DNA of 25,027 nt from an uncultured Methanosarcinales archaeon (lineage in GTDB: Archaea > Nanobdellota > Nanobdellia > Woesearchaeales > GW2011-AR9): positions 1-25,027 of the forward strand of contig CAZIMI010000001.1 in NCBI GenBank assembly GCA_964540325.1, written 5' to 3'. Positions 5,561 to 14,269 of this stretch are shown here, piece after piece. A program made the position numbers and the translations under genes. Under the pieces are notes generated by a model. It had not been told where the DNA came from. It saw only the letters and a list, made by a program, of their open reading frames with translations, and ran no database searches. The stretch's first letter is position 1, and the number at the start of each line of letters is the position of its first letter.

Positions 5561-6832
5561 TCAACCAACCTCTCCCCTTAAATCCCAATCTGCTGCTTTA
5601 ACAACTTTAATTTTTATAACTTGACCCAACTTAAAATCTCCCCGTACAATAACCGGTTTATAAGAACTATTTCTACCAATCCACTGGCCGGCTTCTTTAC
5701 CTTTTTCGTCAACAATAATTTCGCCTTCCCAGTTTAGCCAACGTTCATTTTTTATCCGTGAAATGTTCTTACAAATGTCAGAAATTATTTTAGAACGATG
5801 TTTAACCACTTCCGTAGGTAATGGTTTCATTTCTGCTGCTTTTGTTTTCGGTCTTGGCCAATACTTAGAAAGGTTAACCACTTCCGGAGACAATCCTCTC
5901 AGTAAATTAAGAGTGTCCCAGTGCTGTTCATCAGTCTCCCCTGGAAAGCCAATAATAACATCAGTAGCAACAGTTACTCTTGGAAAATTATCTTTAATTT
6001 CTTGGACTAAAGATTTAAACTGTTTTACTTTATACTTACGGTTCATAAACTTAAGAACTTCATCGCTTCCAGACTGAACTGGCAAATGAACAAATTTAAA
6101 AATTTTGTTTGAAGAAAACACTTCTAAAAACTCTTCTTTAAATTTAATTAAATGATTAGGATTCATCATTCCAATCCTTATTTTAAATTGTCCGGGAAGA
6201 TTAACTAACACTTTCAGTAATTTAGCTAAATTTGTATCAATATCAAAACCATAACAGCCAGTATCCTGAGAAGTTAACCAAATTTCTTTAATATCGTCTC
6301 TTAAAGAAAGAAGTACTTCATTTCTAATATCTTCTATTGGATAAGATACCAGATTTCCTCTGGCAGCTTTTGTTTTACAGAAAGAACAAGCACCTAAACA
6401 GCCTCGAGAGATAGGAATAATACTAACTACTGGATTCTTTCTCACTCTAGGAAGATTCAAAGGTGGCATATCTCCAGTCTCTAAAGCATGAACAATATTA
6501 TCGTTTAAAGCTTCTTCAACGACTTCAACAATGTTGTGAATCTGTTTTGTTCCAACAAGAGAATATTCTTTCAGTTTCTTTCTATTAGTTTGCGGGATAC
6601 AACCCGCAATAATAATGATTTTATAAGGATATTTTTCTTTTACTTCCTCCAATCTTTTATAGAAAGCGTTCTCTGTAGGAGTTTTGACCAGACAAGTGTT
6701 AAAAATAACAACGTCTGCGTCTTCTATTTCTTTTATAATTTGAAACTTGGCTTCTTTTAACAACCCAGCCATCTGTTCTGAGTCTGCAAAGTTATGGCTG
6801 CAACCCGCAGTTTCAATGTAAATCCTAGTCAT
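5561..6832 (-). CDS. mtaB: tRNA methylthiotransferase, MiaB-like (archaeal e-MtaB/CDKAL1 type): UPF0004 + radical SAM + TRAM
   Basis: N-terminal ETAGCSHN...FNTC...AGC, radical SAM motif CLGACSFC, HLPVQSGSD, DVIIGFPGE and a C-terminal TRAM-like domain. Confidence 0.88.
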   Translation of the reverse strand: MTRIYIETAGCSHNFADSEQMAGLLKEAKFQIIKEIEDADVVIFNTCLVKTPTENAFYKRLEEVKEKYPYKIIIIAGCIPQTNRKKLKEYSLVGTKQIHNIVEVVEEALNDNIVHALETGDMPPLNLPRVRKNPVVSIIPISRGCLGACSFCKTKAARGNLVSYPIEDIRNEVLLSLRDDIKEIWLTSQDTGCYGFDIDTNLAKLLKVLVNLPGQFKIRIGMMNPNHLIKFKEEFLEVFSSNKIFKFVHLPVQSGSDEVLKFMNRKYKVKQFKSLVQEIKDNFPRVTVATDVIIGFPGETDEQHWDTLNLLRGLSPEVVNLSKYWPRPKTKAAEMKPLPTEVVKHRSKIISDICKNISRIKNERWLNWEGEIIVDEKGKEAGQWIGRNSSYKPVIVRGDFKLGQVIKIKVVKAADWDLRGEVG

Positions 6833-6929
6833 AAAAATGTTCAGAAAGAATTGGATTTAAAAAGTTTTGGGATTTTAGGTACAAGAAATCAGAAACATTT
6901 TAAATAAAAACATTTTTCCAACATAAAAT

Positions 6930-7808
6930 ATGGCAACTAAAATTGATTTACACTTGCACACAACCGCATCAGACGGTAAGGACAGTCCAGAAGTTATCGT
7001 TAAAAAAGCTAAAGAGTTAGGTTTAAAAATGATTTCAGTTACAGACCACGATAATATTGATGCTTTAGAATCAACGGAAGAACTTTGTAATAAAGTGGGA
7101 ATTAAGTTTGTAAATGGGGTAGAATTAAGTGTGATGTTTGAAACTAAATATTACAAAGGAAAAAAGCTTTTTGAGTTGCATATCTTAGGATATGGTTTTA
7201 ATAGAAACGACCAAAAACTTAACCAAGAATTAAAGATAAATGAAGAATTCAGATTAAAAAGAATCTTAAAAATGGTAGAAAGAGTTAATTCCGCTTTGAA
7301 AGAAAATAACCAACCATTAATAACTGAAAATGAAAAACAAGAAATGATTGATAATGTTAAAGGTTCTATTGGCAGACCGCATTTAGCACAATTGTTAATC
7401 AAGAAAGAAATTATAAGTAGTGTTGAAGAAGCTTTTGACAAATATTTAGTTGATTTAAACGTTTCCAAGAGAATAATAACTCTGCAGGAAGGTTCAAAGC
7501 TAATCAAAGAAGCAGGAGGGAAAGTAATTCTTGCCCATCCTGGAAATGGAGGAAGCCACTCTTTATCAGACATTACCACAGATTTAAACATTCAAAAAGA
7601 AATAATAGTTTCAATGTTAGAATACATTGACGGGATTGAATGTTATTATTGGAATCACACTAAGGAGCAGACAGAATTTTATATCAATTTAGCAAAGAAA
7701 CATAACTTGATGATTACAGGTGGAACAGACCATCATAGCGGAGAAAGGGAACGTATCGGAAAATTAGAGATTGATGATTCTGTAATGGAGGAATTGAAAA
7801 ATGGATGA
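6930..7808 (+). CDS. PHP-domain metal-dependent phosphoesterase (TrpH-like)
   Basis: DLHLHTTASDG, VTDHD, GVELS, LHILGY, GRPHLA, LAHPG and GGTDHH motifs. Confidence 0.9.
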   Translation: MATKIDLHLHTTASDGKDSPEVIVKKAKELGLKMISVTDHDNIDALESTEELCNKVGIKFVNGVELSVMFETKYYKGKKLFELHILGYGFNRNDQKLNQELKINEEFRLKRILKMVERVNSALKENNQPLITENEKQEMIDNVKGSIGRPHLAQLLIKKEIISSVEEAFDKYLVDLNVSKRIITLQEGSKLIKEAGGKVILAHPGNGGSHSLSDITTDLNIQKEIIVSMLEYIDGIECYYWNHTKEQTEFYINLAKKHNLMITGGTDHHSGERERIGKLEIDDSVMEELKNG

Positions 7809-8145
7809 ATTAATTTTAAGAAATGGAATAGATGAACAATTAATTGTTTATAAAACTGGTTTGCCTTATGAAGGAGAAAGAGTAGGAGAAACAATTGGCA
7901 GAGCAGAGAACAAATGGCATGAACATCACGCTGAAGAAGCGGCAGTAGAAGATGCCTTAGCAAGTTTGGAAGCAAGAAGCTTGGATTTTGATGCTTACCG
8001 AGTAAAAGAAAATGAAACCACAGACCGTAATCAATCAGAAAAAATAACTCTTAATTCAAGACGGCCCGGTTGGCAAAACAAATTTGATTCAGATATGACT
8101 AATTGGACTGCCAGAGTTGTTTTAGAATTATATAAGAAAAATTAA
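7801..8145 (+). CDS. Hypothetical protein
   Basis: 114-aa ORF overlapping the PHP stop by 8 nt and followed by a T-rich tract; no motif recognised. Confidence 0.6.
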   Translation: MDELILRNGIDEQLIVYKTGLPYEGERVGETIGRAENKWHEHHAEEAAVEDALASLEARSLDFDAYRVKENETTDRNQSEKITLNSRRPGWQNKFDSDMTNWTARVVLELYKKN

Positions 8146-8206
8146 ACTCTTTTGTTTTCTTTTCAAAACCCTAATCTTTCTAAAATCATCCGAAATTATG
8201 GCGAAA

Positions 8207-8241
8207 AGTTTATAAACTACCAGCCTTATACGTATGTATAA
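8207..8241 (+). promoter_or_regulatory. TATA box plus inverted repeat upstream of the AbiE pair (candidate operator)
   Basis: 12-bp palindrome AGTTTATAAACT (8207-8218) containing TTTATAAA, then TTATAC-gtat-GTATAA (8226-8241) before the ATG at 8257. Confidence 0.5.
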
Positions 8242-8247
8242 GGACGG

Positions 8248-8886
8248 TTGATTACTATGAAACTGCCATTAAACTTAAAATTAAAGAAAAAAGTACACCA
8301 GGATATTGCTTATTCCCAAGATTTAATAGTTGAAGAACTTTACAATTTTTTCCCAAAAGCAGTATTTCATGGCGGCACAGCCATCTGGAGATGCTATAAT
8401 GGAAATCGCTTTTCAGAAGATATTGATGTTTATTTGCCAGACAAAAATGATATTGGTGAGTTTTTTTCAAGCTTAGAAAAGAAAGGGTTTAGAATAATTA
8501 AAAAAAGAGTAAAAGAAAATTCTCTTTATTCTTTATTAGAATATATGCGTGTGCAAGTAAGGTTTGAAGCTGTTTTTAAAAAAGTAAAGAATTTTGTTCT
8601 CAAAGAATATGAAACTGCAGATGGAAATTTACTTAATGTTTACACACTTTCTTCTAAAAATTTACTTCAAGAAAAAGTTGCTGCTTTTTCAAAAAGAAGA
8701 AAAATTCGTGACTTGTATGATGTTTTTTTTCTTCTCAGACATATAAAAGAAAAGAAAGAATTAAACTTAAAAAATTTAGATAAAATTAAGATTGAAGATG
8801 AAGATAACCTTAAAGTTCTGATAATTTCCGGACCGATTCCTTCTTCCAAAGAAATGTTAAGGTACATCCAAGAATGGGAAAAATAA
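8248..8886 (+). CDS. AbiEii/AbiGii-family nucleotidyltransferase toxin (type IV TA)
   Basis: VFHGGTAIWRCYNGNRFSEDID and EKVAAF..R.KIRDLYD motifs. The likely start is ATG at 8257. Confidence 0.85.
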   Translation: MITMKLPLNLKLKKKVHQDIAYSQDLIVEELYNFFPKAVFHGGTAIWRCYNGNRFSEDIDVYLPDKNDIGEFFSSLEKKGFRIIKKRVKENSLYSLLEYMRVQVRFEAVFKKVKNFVLKEYETADGNLLNVYTLSSKNLLQEKVAAFSKRRKIRDLYDVFFLLRHIKEKKELNLKNLDKIKIEDEDNLKVLIISGPIPSSKEMLRYIQEWEK

Positions 8887-9455
8887 AACATTTAACTAAA
8901 ATCAAAGAATATTTGAAAAAAACCCCTGTGTTTAGTTTAAAGTCTTTACAAAAAATTATCGGCAAAAAAGGCAACTATGTTTATTTGTTAGTTAAGAATC
9001 TCGTGGGAAAAGGAGAAATTAACCGAATTGTCCCAGGGTTTTATTCTCTTTATGATGATCCCATTTTAACAGTTTTTTGTTTCAAGCCAGCTTACCTTGG
9101 GCTGCAAGAAGCTTTAAGTGTACATAATCTTTGGGAGCAGGAAACTAATGTTCTCATTTTAACTTCTAGAAAAGTTAGGCCAGGAGTTAGAGAAGTGTTT
9201 GGCAACAATGTTTTAATCAGAAAGATTAATCCAAGATATTTCTTTGGTTTTGAATATAAGAGATATGGAGATTTTCATGTTCCTGTTTCTGACATAGAAA
9301 AAACTTTTATTGATTTGATTTATTATAATCAACCAATAGACAAAGAAGTATTAAAGAATTTTAGGAAAAGAATTGATCTGGGGAAGCTGAATGATTATTT
9401 AACAGTTTACCCAAAGAAGATTGTTAAGAAAGTTGAGAAGAAGTTAGAATCCTAA
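8874..9455 (+). CDS. AbiEi-like antitoxin (winged HTH plus AbiEi C-terminal domain)
   Basis: LVGKGEINRIVPGFY (wHTH), AYLGLQEALSVHNL and VSDIEKTFIDLI; overlaps the toxin gene. Confidence 0.75.
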   Translation: MGKIKHLTKIKEYLKKTPVFSLKSLQKIIGKKGNYVYLLVKNLVGKGEINRIVPGFYSLYDDPILTVFCFKPAYLGLQEALSVHNLWEQETNVLILTSRKVRPGVREVFGNNVLIRKINPRYFFGFEYKRYGDFHVPVSDIEKTFIDLIYYNQPIDKEVLKNFRKRIDLGKLNDYLTVYPKKIVKKVEKKLES

Positions 9456-11165
9456 TCTTCCCAAAATAATCTCTTTATCAAATTCTTCCAGATCTTTATA
9501 TTCCTGCCCCATCCCCAAGAATAAGATTGGCTTTTTGATTGTATAGGCAATTGAAAGTGGAGCACCGCCTTTCTCATCAACATCTGCTTTAGTAAGAATA
9601 GCACCATCCATCTCAACTAATTCATTAAACTTTTTAGCCTGTTCAATACAATCATTTCCAGTGATTGATTCGCCAACAAAAATCTTTAAATCTGGATCAG
9701 TTATCCTGATTATCTTTTCCAATTCCTGCATTAAATTTGTATTACTATGTAAACGTCCAGCAGTATCAATCAAAACAACATTAACATTATTCTTTTCTGC
9801 GTATTTAACAGCATCAAAAGCAACTGCTGCTGCATCTGAACCATAATCATGTTTGATCATCTTTACTTCTAATTTGTTTGCATGCTCTTCCAACTGTTGA
9901 ATAGCTGCAGCTCTGAATGTATCACAAGCTGCCAAAACCACAGATAAATTATTTTCTTTAAAGTAATTAGCAAGCTTAGCAATAGAAGTTGTTTTTCCGC
10001 TTCCGTTAATTCCAAAGAAAGCAATAATTAATGGTTTTTTCTCTTTAGCTTTTCCTAAAATATCAATTTTGTCAAAAGTAAGAATTTCATTTAAAGTATT
10101 TTTTAATGTTTCTTCAATCTTTTTAGGAACATCTCTCGGAAGAGGTTTCTCAACCAACTCTTCTTTCAGATCTTCTTTAATTTTCTCAATAACTTCTACA
10201 GAAACATTGTTCTCTAATAAGGCCATCTCTAATTCCCAGAATAAAGTTTCGAATTTATCTGCAGAAATTGTTTTTGTTGTTAAAGATTGTTTAACTTTAC
10301 CAAAGAACCCTTTTTTCTCTTCTTCTTTAGGTTTTTCTTTTGTTTCTTCTTCTTTAATTTCTTTTTTTTCTATAACTTTTTCCTCAATTACTGGTTCTTT
10401 TTCTTCTGGAACCTCTTCTTTTTTTTCTTTTCTCTTAAATAATCCGAATAACTTTTTTTCTTTAGGTTCTTCAGCAACTTCTTCCAATAACTCTGCGGCA
10501 GTTGGCTGTCTCTCAGCTTCTTTGATTTTTTCTTGTTCTTCTTGAGGCAATTCTTCAACTGCGAACTTTTCTTTGGTTTCTTCGATTAATGATTCAGCCG
10601 AAGGGATTTCTCTCGGTTCTGGATCTTCAGGTATAGGAACAAATTTTTCATCTTCCTCTTTAGGTTCTTCTTTATTTTCTTTATTAGTTTCTTCAATAAG
10701 TTGGTCTGCTCTTTCCAACTCTTCTTCAGAAATGTCTTCTTCTTTATCTTCTATAGGTTCCGCTTCAGCAGGAGTTTCTTCGGTTGATTCTTTTACTTCT
10801 TCCTGGGTGGGTTGGGCCGGCTCATTAACCTCAGCAGGTTTACTGCTTTCTTCAGAAGCGACCGGGGTTTCTTCTTCAGCTTCAGGTTCTTCAGAAACTT
10901 CTTCAACCACTTCTTCCTTTTCTTCAACCTGCTCAGGTTCTTCAACTTCTTCTTTAGATTCTTTTACTTCTTCAGAAACTTCTTCAACGGCCTGTTCCTC
11001 TGAAACTTCTTTTACTTCCTGCTCTACTTCTTTTTCTTCTGCTTCCGGCAGAGGCGTAGCCTCTGTGGCCGAAAAGGAGTTTTCATCTCCTTTTACGACC
11101 TCTTCAGCTTTCTTAGAAAAAACATTCAAAGCCCCTTTCAGTTTATCTTTAAGTTTACCAAACAT
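9444..11165 (-). CDS. ftsY: Signal recognition particle receptor FtsY with a long acidic N-terminal region
   Basis: GINGSGKTTSIAKLA, DTFRAAAIQQL, DTAGR, TKADVD.KGG and GMGQ.Y.DL SRP-GTPase motifs. Confidence 0.96.
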   Translation of the reverse strand: MFGKLKDKLKGALNVFSKKAEEVVKGDENSFSATEATPLPEAEEKEVEQEVKEVSEEQAVEEVSEEVKESKEEVEEPEQVEEKEEVVEEVSEEPEAEEETPVASEESSKPAEVNEPAQPTQEEVKESTEETPAEAEPIEDKEEDISEEELERADQLIEETNKENKEEPKEEDEKFVPIPEDPEPREIPSAESLIEETKEKFAVEELPQEEQEKIKEAERQPTAAELLEEVAEEPKEKKLFGLFKRKEKKEEVPEEKEPVIEEKVIEKKEIKEEETKEKPKEEEKKGFFGKVKQSLTTKTISADKFETLFWELEMALLENNVSVEVIEKIKEDLKEELVEKPLPRDVPKKIEETLKNTLNEILTFDKIDILGKAKEKKPLIIAFFGINGSGKTTSIAKLANYFKENNLSVVLAACDTFRAAAIQQLEEHANKLEVKMIKHDYGSDAAAVAFDAVKYAEKNNVNVVLIDTAGRLHSNTNLMQELEKIIRITDPDLKIFVGESITGNDCIEQAKKFNELVEMDGAILTKADVDEKGGAPLSIAYTIKKPILFLGMGQEYKDLEEFDKEIILGRLGF

Positions 11166-11575
11166 TATTTCGCTGCCTCTTCAACTTCTTGATATAATTG
11201 CATTGCCTGTTGGCTAAACTCCTGCATCATTGCATCGGCTTCAACCATCTTCTTAGAAATATCTTCTTTTTGTTTCTTCAATAAATCAACTACTTCCGGA
11301 ACTGATTTTTCTACAGTTGTATTTGAACCAACGTTAACAACTAATTTTTGGTTGTCTTTTAGTTCTCCTTTCAAGAAAATTCCGTCTGCGATTGGAGCAA
11401 GAAGTTCATTATCAACTTTTGTTTCACCTAATTCTTTAACAGCATTAATAGAAATATCTAATTCCGCATTCTGTTGATTTAACAATTCTAAATGCTGTGA
11501 TATCTGTTCTAATTGCTGTTGCAGCATCTGAAACTGCATGTACTTCTGCTGTATTTGTTCTTCGTTCGTTGCCAT
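11165..11575 (-). CDS. pfdA: Prefoldin alpha subunit
   Basis: Coiled coils flanking LLAPIADGIF...LVVNVGSNTTVEKS beta-hairpins; sits directly upstream of ftsY, as in the conserved archaeal cluster. Confidence 0.92.
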   Translation of the reverse strand: MATNEEQIQQKYMQFQMLQQQLEQISQHLELLNQQNAELDISINAVKELGETKVDNELLAPIADGIFLKGELKDNQKLVVNVGSNTTVEKSVPEVVDLLKKQKEDISKKMVEADAMMQEFSQQAMQLYQEVEEAAK

Positions 11576-11576
11576 T

Positions 11577-11783
11577 TTACAATCTATTTAGTAAGTCATC
11601 TAAAAACTTACGATAAGCTTCAGTTGTGGAAAGAAAAGGCAAATCATTGGATGCCGTTCTAGAAACAGAACTAAGGAATGGAGAGTTTACGATTAATACT
11701 TTCTCGCCTTCTTCTTTAAGATTTCCTATTTCTTTCTCTACCAAAGTTTTCAGTACAATCTTATCTTCGTTTGTTAAGGTCAT
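11577..11783 (-). CDS. Small hypothetical protein
   Basis: 68-aa ORF with GGTG upstream, abutting the pfdA start. Confidence 0.6.
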   Translation of the reverse strand: MTLTNEDKIVLKTLVEKEIGNLKEEGEKVLIVNSPFLSSVSRTASNDLPFLSTTEAYRKFLDDLLNRL

Positions 11784-11828
11784 GTTATGGTTAATTACAC
11801 CTTTCTTTTATAAAGTTTTTTAAGCTAA

Positions 11829-11960
11829 TTTATCCAGAATAATCTGCTCTTATTATACTAGCGCCGTGCCCCGGCATGATACCTTTTTGACACGAATCCC
11901 CCAATTCTTAGACATCTTTCCGGATGTGTGCCAAAACTGTGCAGTAGCGGCCCGTGGCGT
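11829..11960. repeat. Left copy of a diverged non-coding repeat flanking 12061-13113
   Basis: Shares GCCGTGCCCC (11863-11872 = 13200-13209), CCTTwTTGAC and CCAAAAsTGTGCAG with the right flank in direct orientation. Shares TTTRTCCRGAATA-N11/12-TATACTRG in inverted orientation. Confidence 0.55.
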
Positions 11961-12060
11961 AAGACACTTTTGACGCATGTCCTGAATTTCGGATGTGGGT
12001 CAAAGTTTTTCTTTTTGATTACAGAAAAGTATTTAATTGATTAATGATTTCTTATAATTT

Positions 12061-13113
12061 ATGTCCGAAAACTCAGAACTATTAATCTTAAAAGAAGTAT
12101 TTCATTTTCTTAAAATATTAGAAGAATGTTTGATAGCTTTAGAAGATGATTCGATTAGTAGAGATAAGGAAAAGAGTGCAGCGATTTACACAGAGATATA
12201 TGGAGCAATGTATAAAGTAAAAACCTATACCGGAGAAGAATTAGCTTTATTCAAGCAACATAAAGCATCTCGGCATTGTGTTCAACTTCTTCAGGAAGTA
12301 AGGGCAATTTTCACGGATGAATTTGTAGAAGAAATCCATTCTGGCAAATTAAGAAATGAACCTAAAAAAACTAAGAAAGAAAAATTATCTCGTTACGTTA
12401 AAGAAATCAGAAAAGCTGAAAAAAAGTTGATTTCTTTACAAAGTGATGTTGAGTTCTTAAAGCGACAAAAAAAGAAAGCTAGAAGGTTAGCTAAACCACA
12501 AATACTTCTTACTGAAAAAGGCTGTTTTCATACCACACCAGCAAGTCTTACTCAAGTAATGGCTAATGGTTTATTATCTCCAGAAAAAATGGCTGCCAAG
12601 TTTGGTTCGAAAAGCTTAGGAGGACATAAAAAAATTTGTGTTTATGATGTTTACTCTTATTTTAGGTTAGGCAAGGTAATATTTTCTCAAAAAAAATATA
12701 ATGCCAAAGAAGAAATAACTTTGAGAGAAATCTCAGAAGCAATTAAAAGAAACCCAAATTTGAATCTAGCAAATAATCATAAAGAAAATATGAACTTTCT
12801 TAAAATGCACCCCTTTGCTCTAGAAACTATTGATCGTAGCTTAAAGATAGCCCCTTTTCTCGAAGGTAAGAAAAGGGACATTTTTGAAAGACTTAAAGAA
12901 TTTAGTTCGAGTATACTAATAATAAACGAAACAATGGAATTCTTTCCGGGACATGACAATCATTATCTGTTTGAAGGACATATTGTGGGCGAAATTAGTC
13001 CAAAGAAAATAATGGGAATTGTTTTTGCAAAAGAAACTGAATCCCTAATTGAATGTAAGATCTTAGGGCTGCCAGCGTATAATAGATCTGGAAAACTGAT
13101 TTGGCCGTTGTAA
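12061..13113 (+). CDS. Hypothetical protein with an N-terminal helical region and a candidate ADP-ribosyltransferase-fold C-terminal domain
   Basis: CFHTTPASLTQVMANGLLSP (H-x-T...GLLS) and FEGHIVGEISPKKIMGIV (E..I...I.P..I..I) resemble the first and last catalytic strands of DarT/PARP-like ART domains. The middle part aligns poorly by eye. Confidence 0.45.
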   Translation: MSENSELLILKEVFHFLKILEECLIALEDDSISRDKEKSAAIYTEIYGAMYKVKTYTGEELALFKQHKASRHCVQLLQEVRAIFTDEFVEEIHSGKLRNEPKKTKKEKLSRYVKEIRKAEKKLISLQSDVEFLKRQKKKARRLAKPQILLTEKGCFHTTPASLTQVMANGLLSPEKMAAKFGSKSLGGHKKICVYDVYSYFRLGKVIFSQKKYNAKEEITLREISEAIKRNPNLNLANNHKENMNFLKMHPFALETIDRSLKIAPFLEGKKRDIFERLKEFSSSILIINETMEFFPGHDNHYLFEGHIVGEISPKKIMGIVFAKETESLIECKILGLPAYNRSGKLIWPL

Positions 13114-13142
13114 TTGTTTTTGCCTCCTTTTTAGTTTTAATT

Positions 13143-13239
13143 CTCATAACCTTATTGACCAACATCCCAACTTCACGATATAAACCAAAAGTGTGCAGAG
13201 CCGTGCCCCAGTATACAAGTTTATTCTATTCCGGACAAA
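13143..13239. repeat. Right copy of the diverged non-coding repeat flanking 12061-13113
   Basis: See the left copy. 13227-13239 tattccggacaaa is the reverse complement of 11829-11841 at 11/13 positions; 13208-13215 matches 11854-11861 at 7/8. Confidence 0.55.
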
Positions 13240-13286
13240 CATTTCTAAGCAAAATCCTTATAAAATAGGAGCCAAAATTTAGTACT

Positions 13287-14222
13287 ATGCTCACAGAACA
13301 ACAAAAAGAACGTCTTTACAAGCAGCAGTACAGATTAGTAGAAAATCACTCAGCCGTAAAAGTATGTTTCTGGACCAAAGAATGTGTACGAGAAAAAAAT
13401 AAAGTCTGCTATAAAGAACATTTTTATGATGTTCATTGCGGAAATTGTTTGGAAATGTCTCCAGCAATTACTTGCAACCAAAGATGCCTACATTGCTGGC
13501 GAGACACTTCAGTTTTTTCAAAAGATTGGCAAGGAGAAGTAGATGAGCCCAAAGAGATTATTCAGGGCTGTATTGAAGCAAGAAGGAAATTAATGATTGG
13601 TTTTAAAGGCAACGAGAATGTTGATCTAAAGAAATTTGACAATTATCTGATTCCAGATCATGCAGCTATTTCTCTTACTGGAGAACCCTGTTTGTACCCA
13701 AAGTTACATCTATTAGTTGATTCGTTCTTTGATGATTTTGATTTCCGGACAGTTTTCTTGGTTACAAACGGAACCGTTCCAGAAATGTTAAAGAAGTTTG
13801 GTAAAGAGAGCAAACACTTTCCCACCAATATTTATTTGTCGTTAGAAGCTTTTGATTTAGATTCGTATAAGAAATTTAACAATCCGGTTTCTTTAGACAC
13901 TTGGAACAATATCCAAGAAAGTATGAAATATTTATCAACCATAAAAAATAAAACAAGAACAATTCTAAGAATAACTGCTGTTAAGAATTTCAATATGGAT
14001 AAAGCAAAGGAATTCGTGAAATTCTTCGAACTAATGAAACCAACCCATATCGAAGTAAAAGGTTATGGTTTCCTTGGCTACTCCCGTAAGAGATTAAAAG
14101 AAGAAAATGTTCCGGAATGGGACGAAGTAAAAGCATTCTCAAAAGAACTGGCTGAATTAACTAATTACAAGATTACTGAAGAACATGAACCAAGTACAGT
14201 TGTTCAGTTAAGTAAAAATTAA
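13287..14222 (+). CDS. taw1: 4-demethylwyosine synthase (archaeal TYW1/Taw1), radical SAM
   Basis: KQQYRLVENHSAVKVCFW...CYKEHFY, CNQRCLHCWR, HAAISLTGEPCLYP, TNG and IEVKGY motifs. Confidence 0.93.
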   Translation: MLTEQQKERLYKQQYRLVENHSAVKVCFWTKECVREKNKVCYKEHFYDVHCGNCLEMSPAITCNQRCLHCWRDTSVFSKDWQGEVDEPKEIIQGCIEARRKLMIGFKGNENVDLKKFDNYLIPDHAAISLTGEPCLYPKLHLLVDSFFDDFDFRTVFLVTNGTVPEMLKKFGKESKHFPTNIYLSLEAFDLDSYKKFNNPVSLDTWNNIQESMKYLSTIKNKTRTILRITAVKNFNMDKAKEFVKFFELMKPTHIEVKGYGFLGYSRKRLKEENVPEWDEVKAFSKELAELTNYKITEEHEPSTVVQLSKN

Positions 14223-14224
14223 CC

Positions 14225-14265
14225 AAAACATTTATAAGTGTTTTAATTTTATAAACAAATGTTTT
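14225..14265 (+). promoter_or_regulatory. Inverted repeat bracketing TATA-like boxes upstream of HTH-MNT (candidate operator)
   Basis: AAAACATTT (14225-14233) and AAATGTTTT (14257-14265) enclose TTTATAAG and TTTTATAAA. The AT-rich background weakens this call. Confidence 0.4.
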
Positions 14266-14269
14266 AAAA

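Noticed and set aside
10069-11217. Long Ser-rich plus-strand ORFs (10069-10545, 10573-11217)
   Set aside because: They are antisense shadows of the Glu-rich ftsY region (GAA codons read as TTC/TCT).
11860-12005. GC-richer intergenic stretch as a tRNA, 5S rRNA, SRP RNA or known ribozyme
   Set aside because: I could not recognise a cloverleaf or TpsiC motif, an SRP helix-8 motif, or a hammerhead core. It is reported only as an unassigned repeat.
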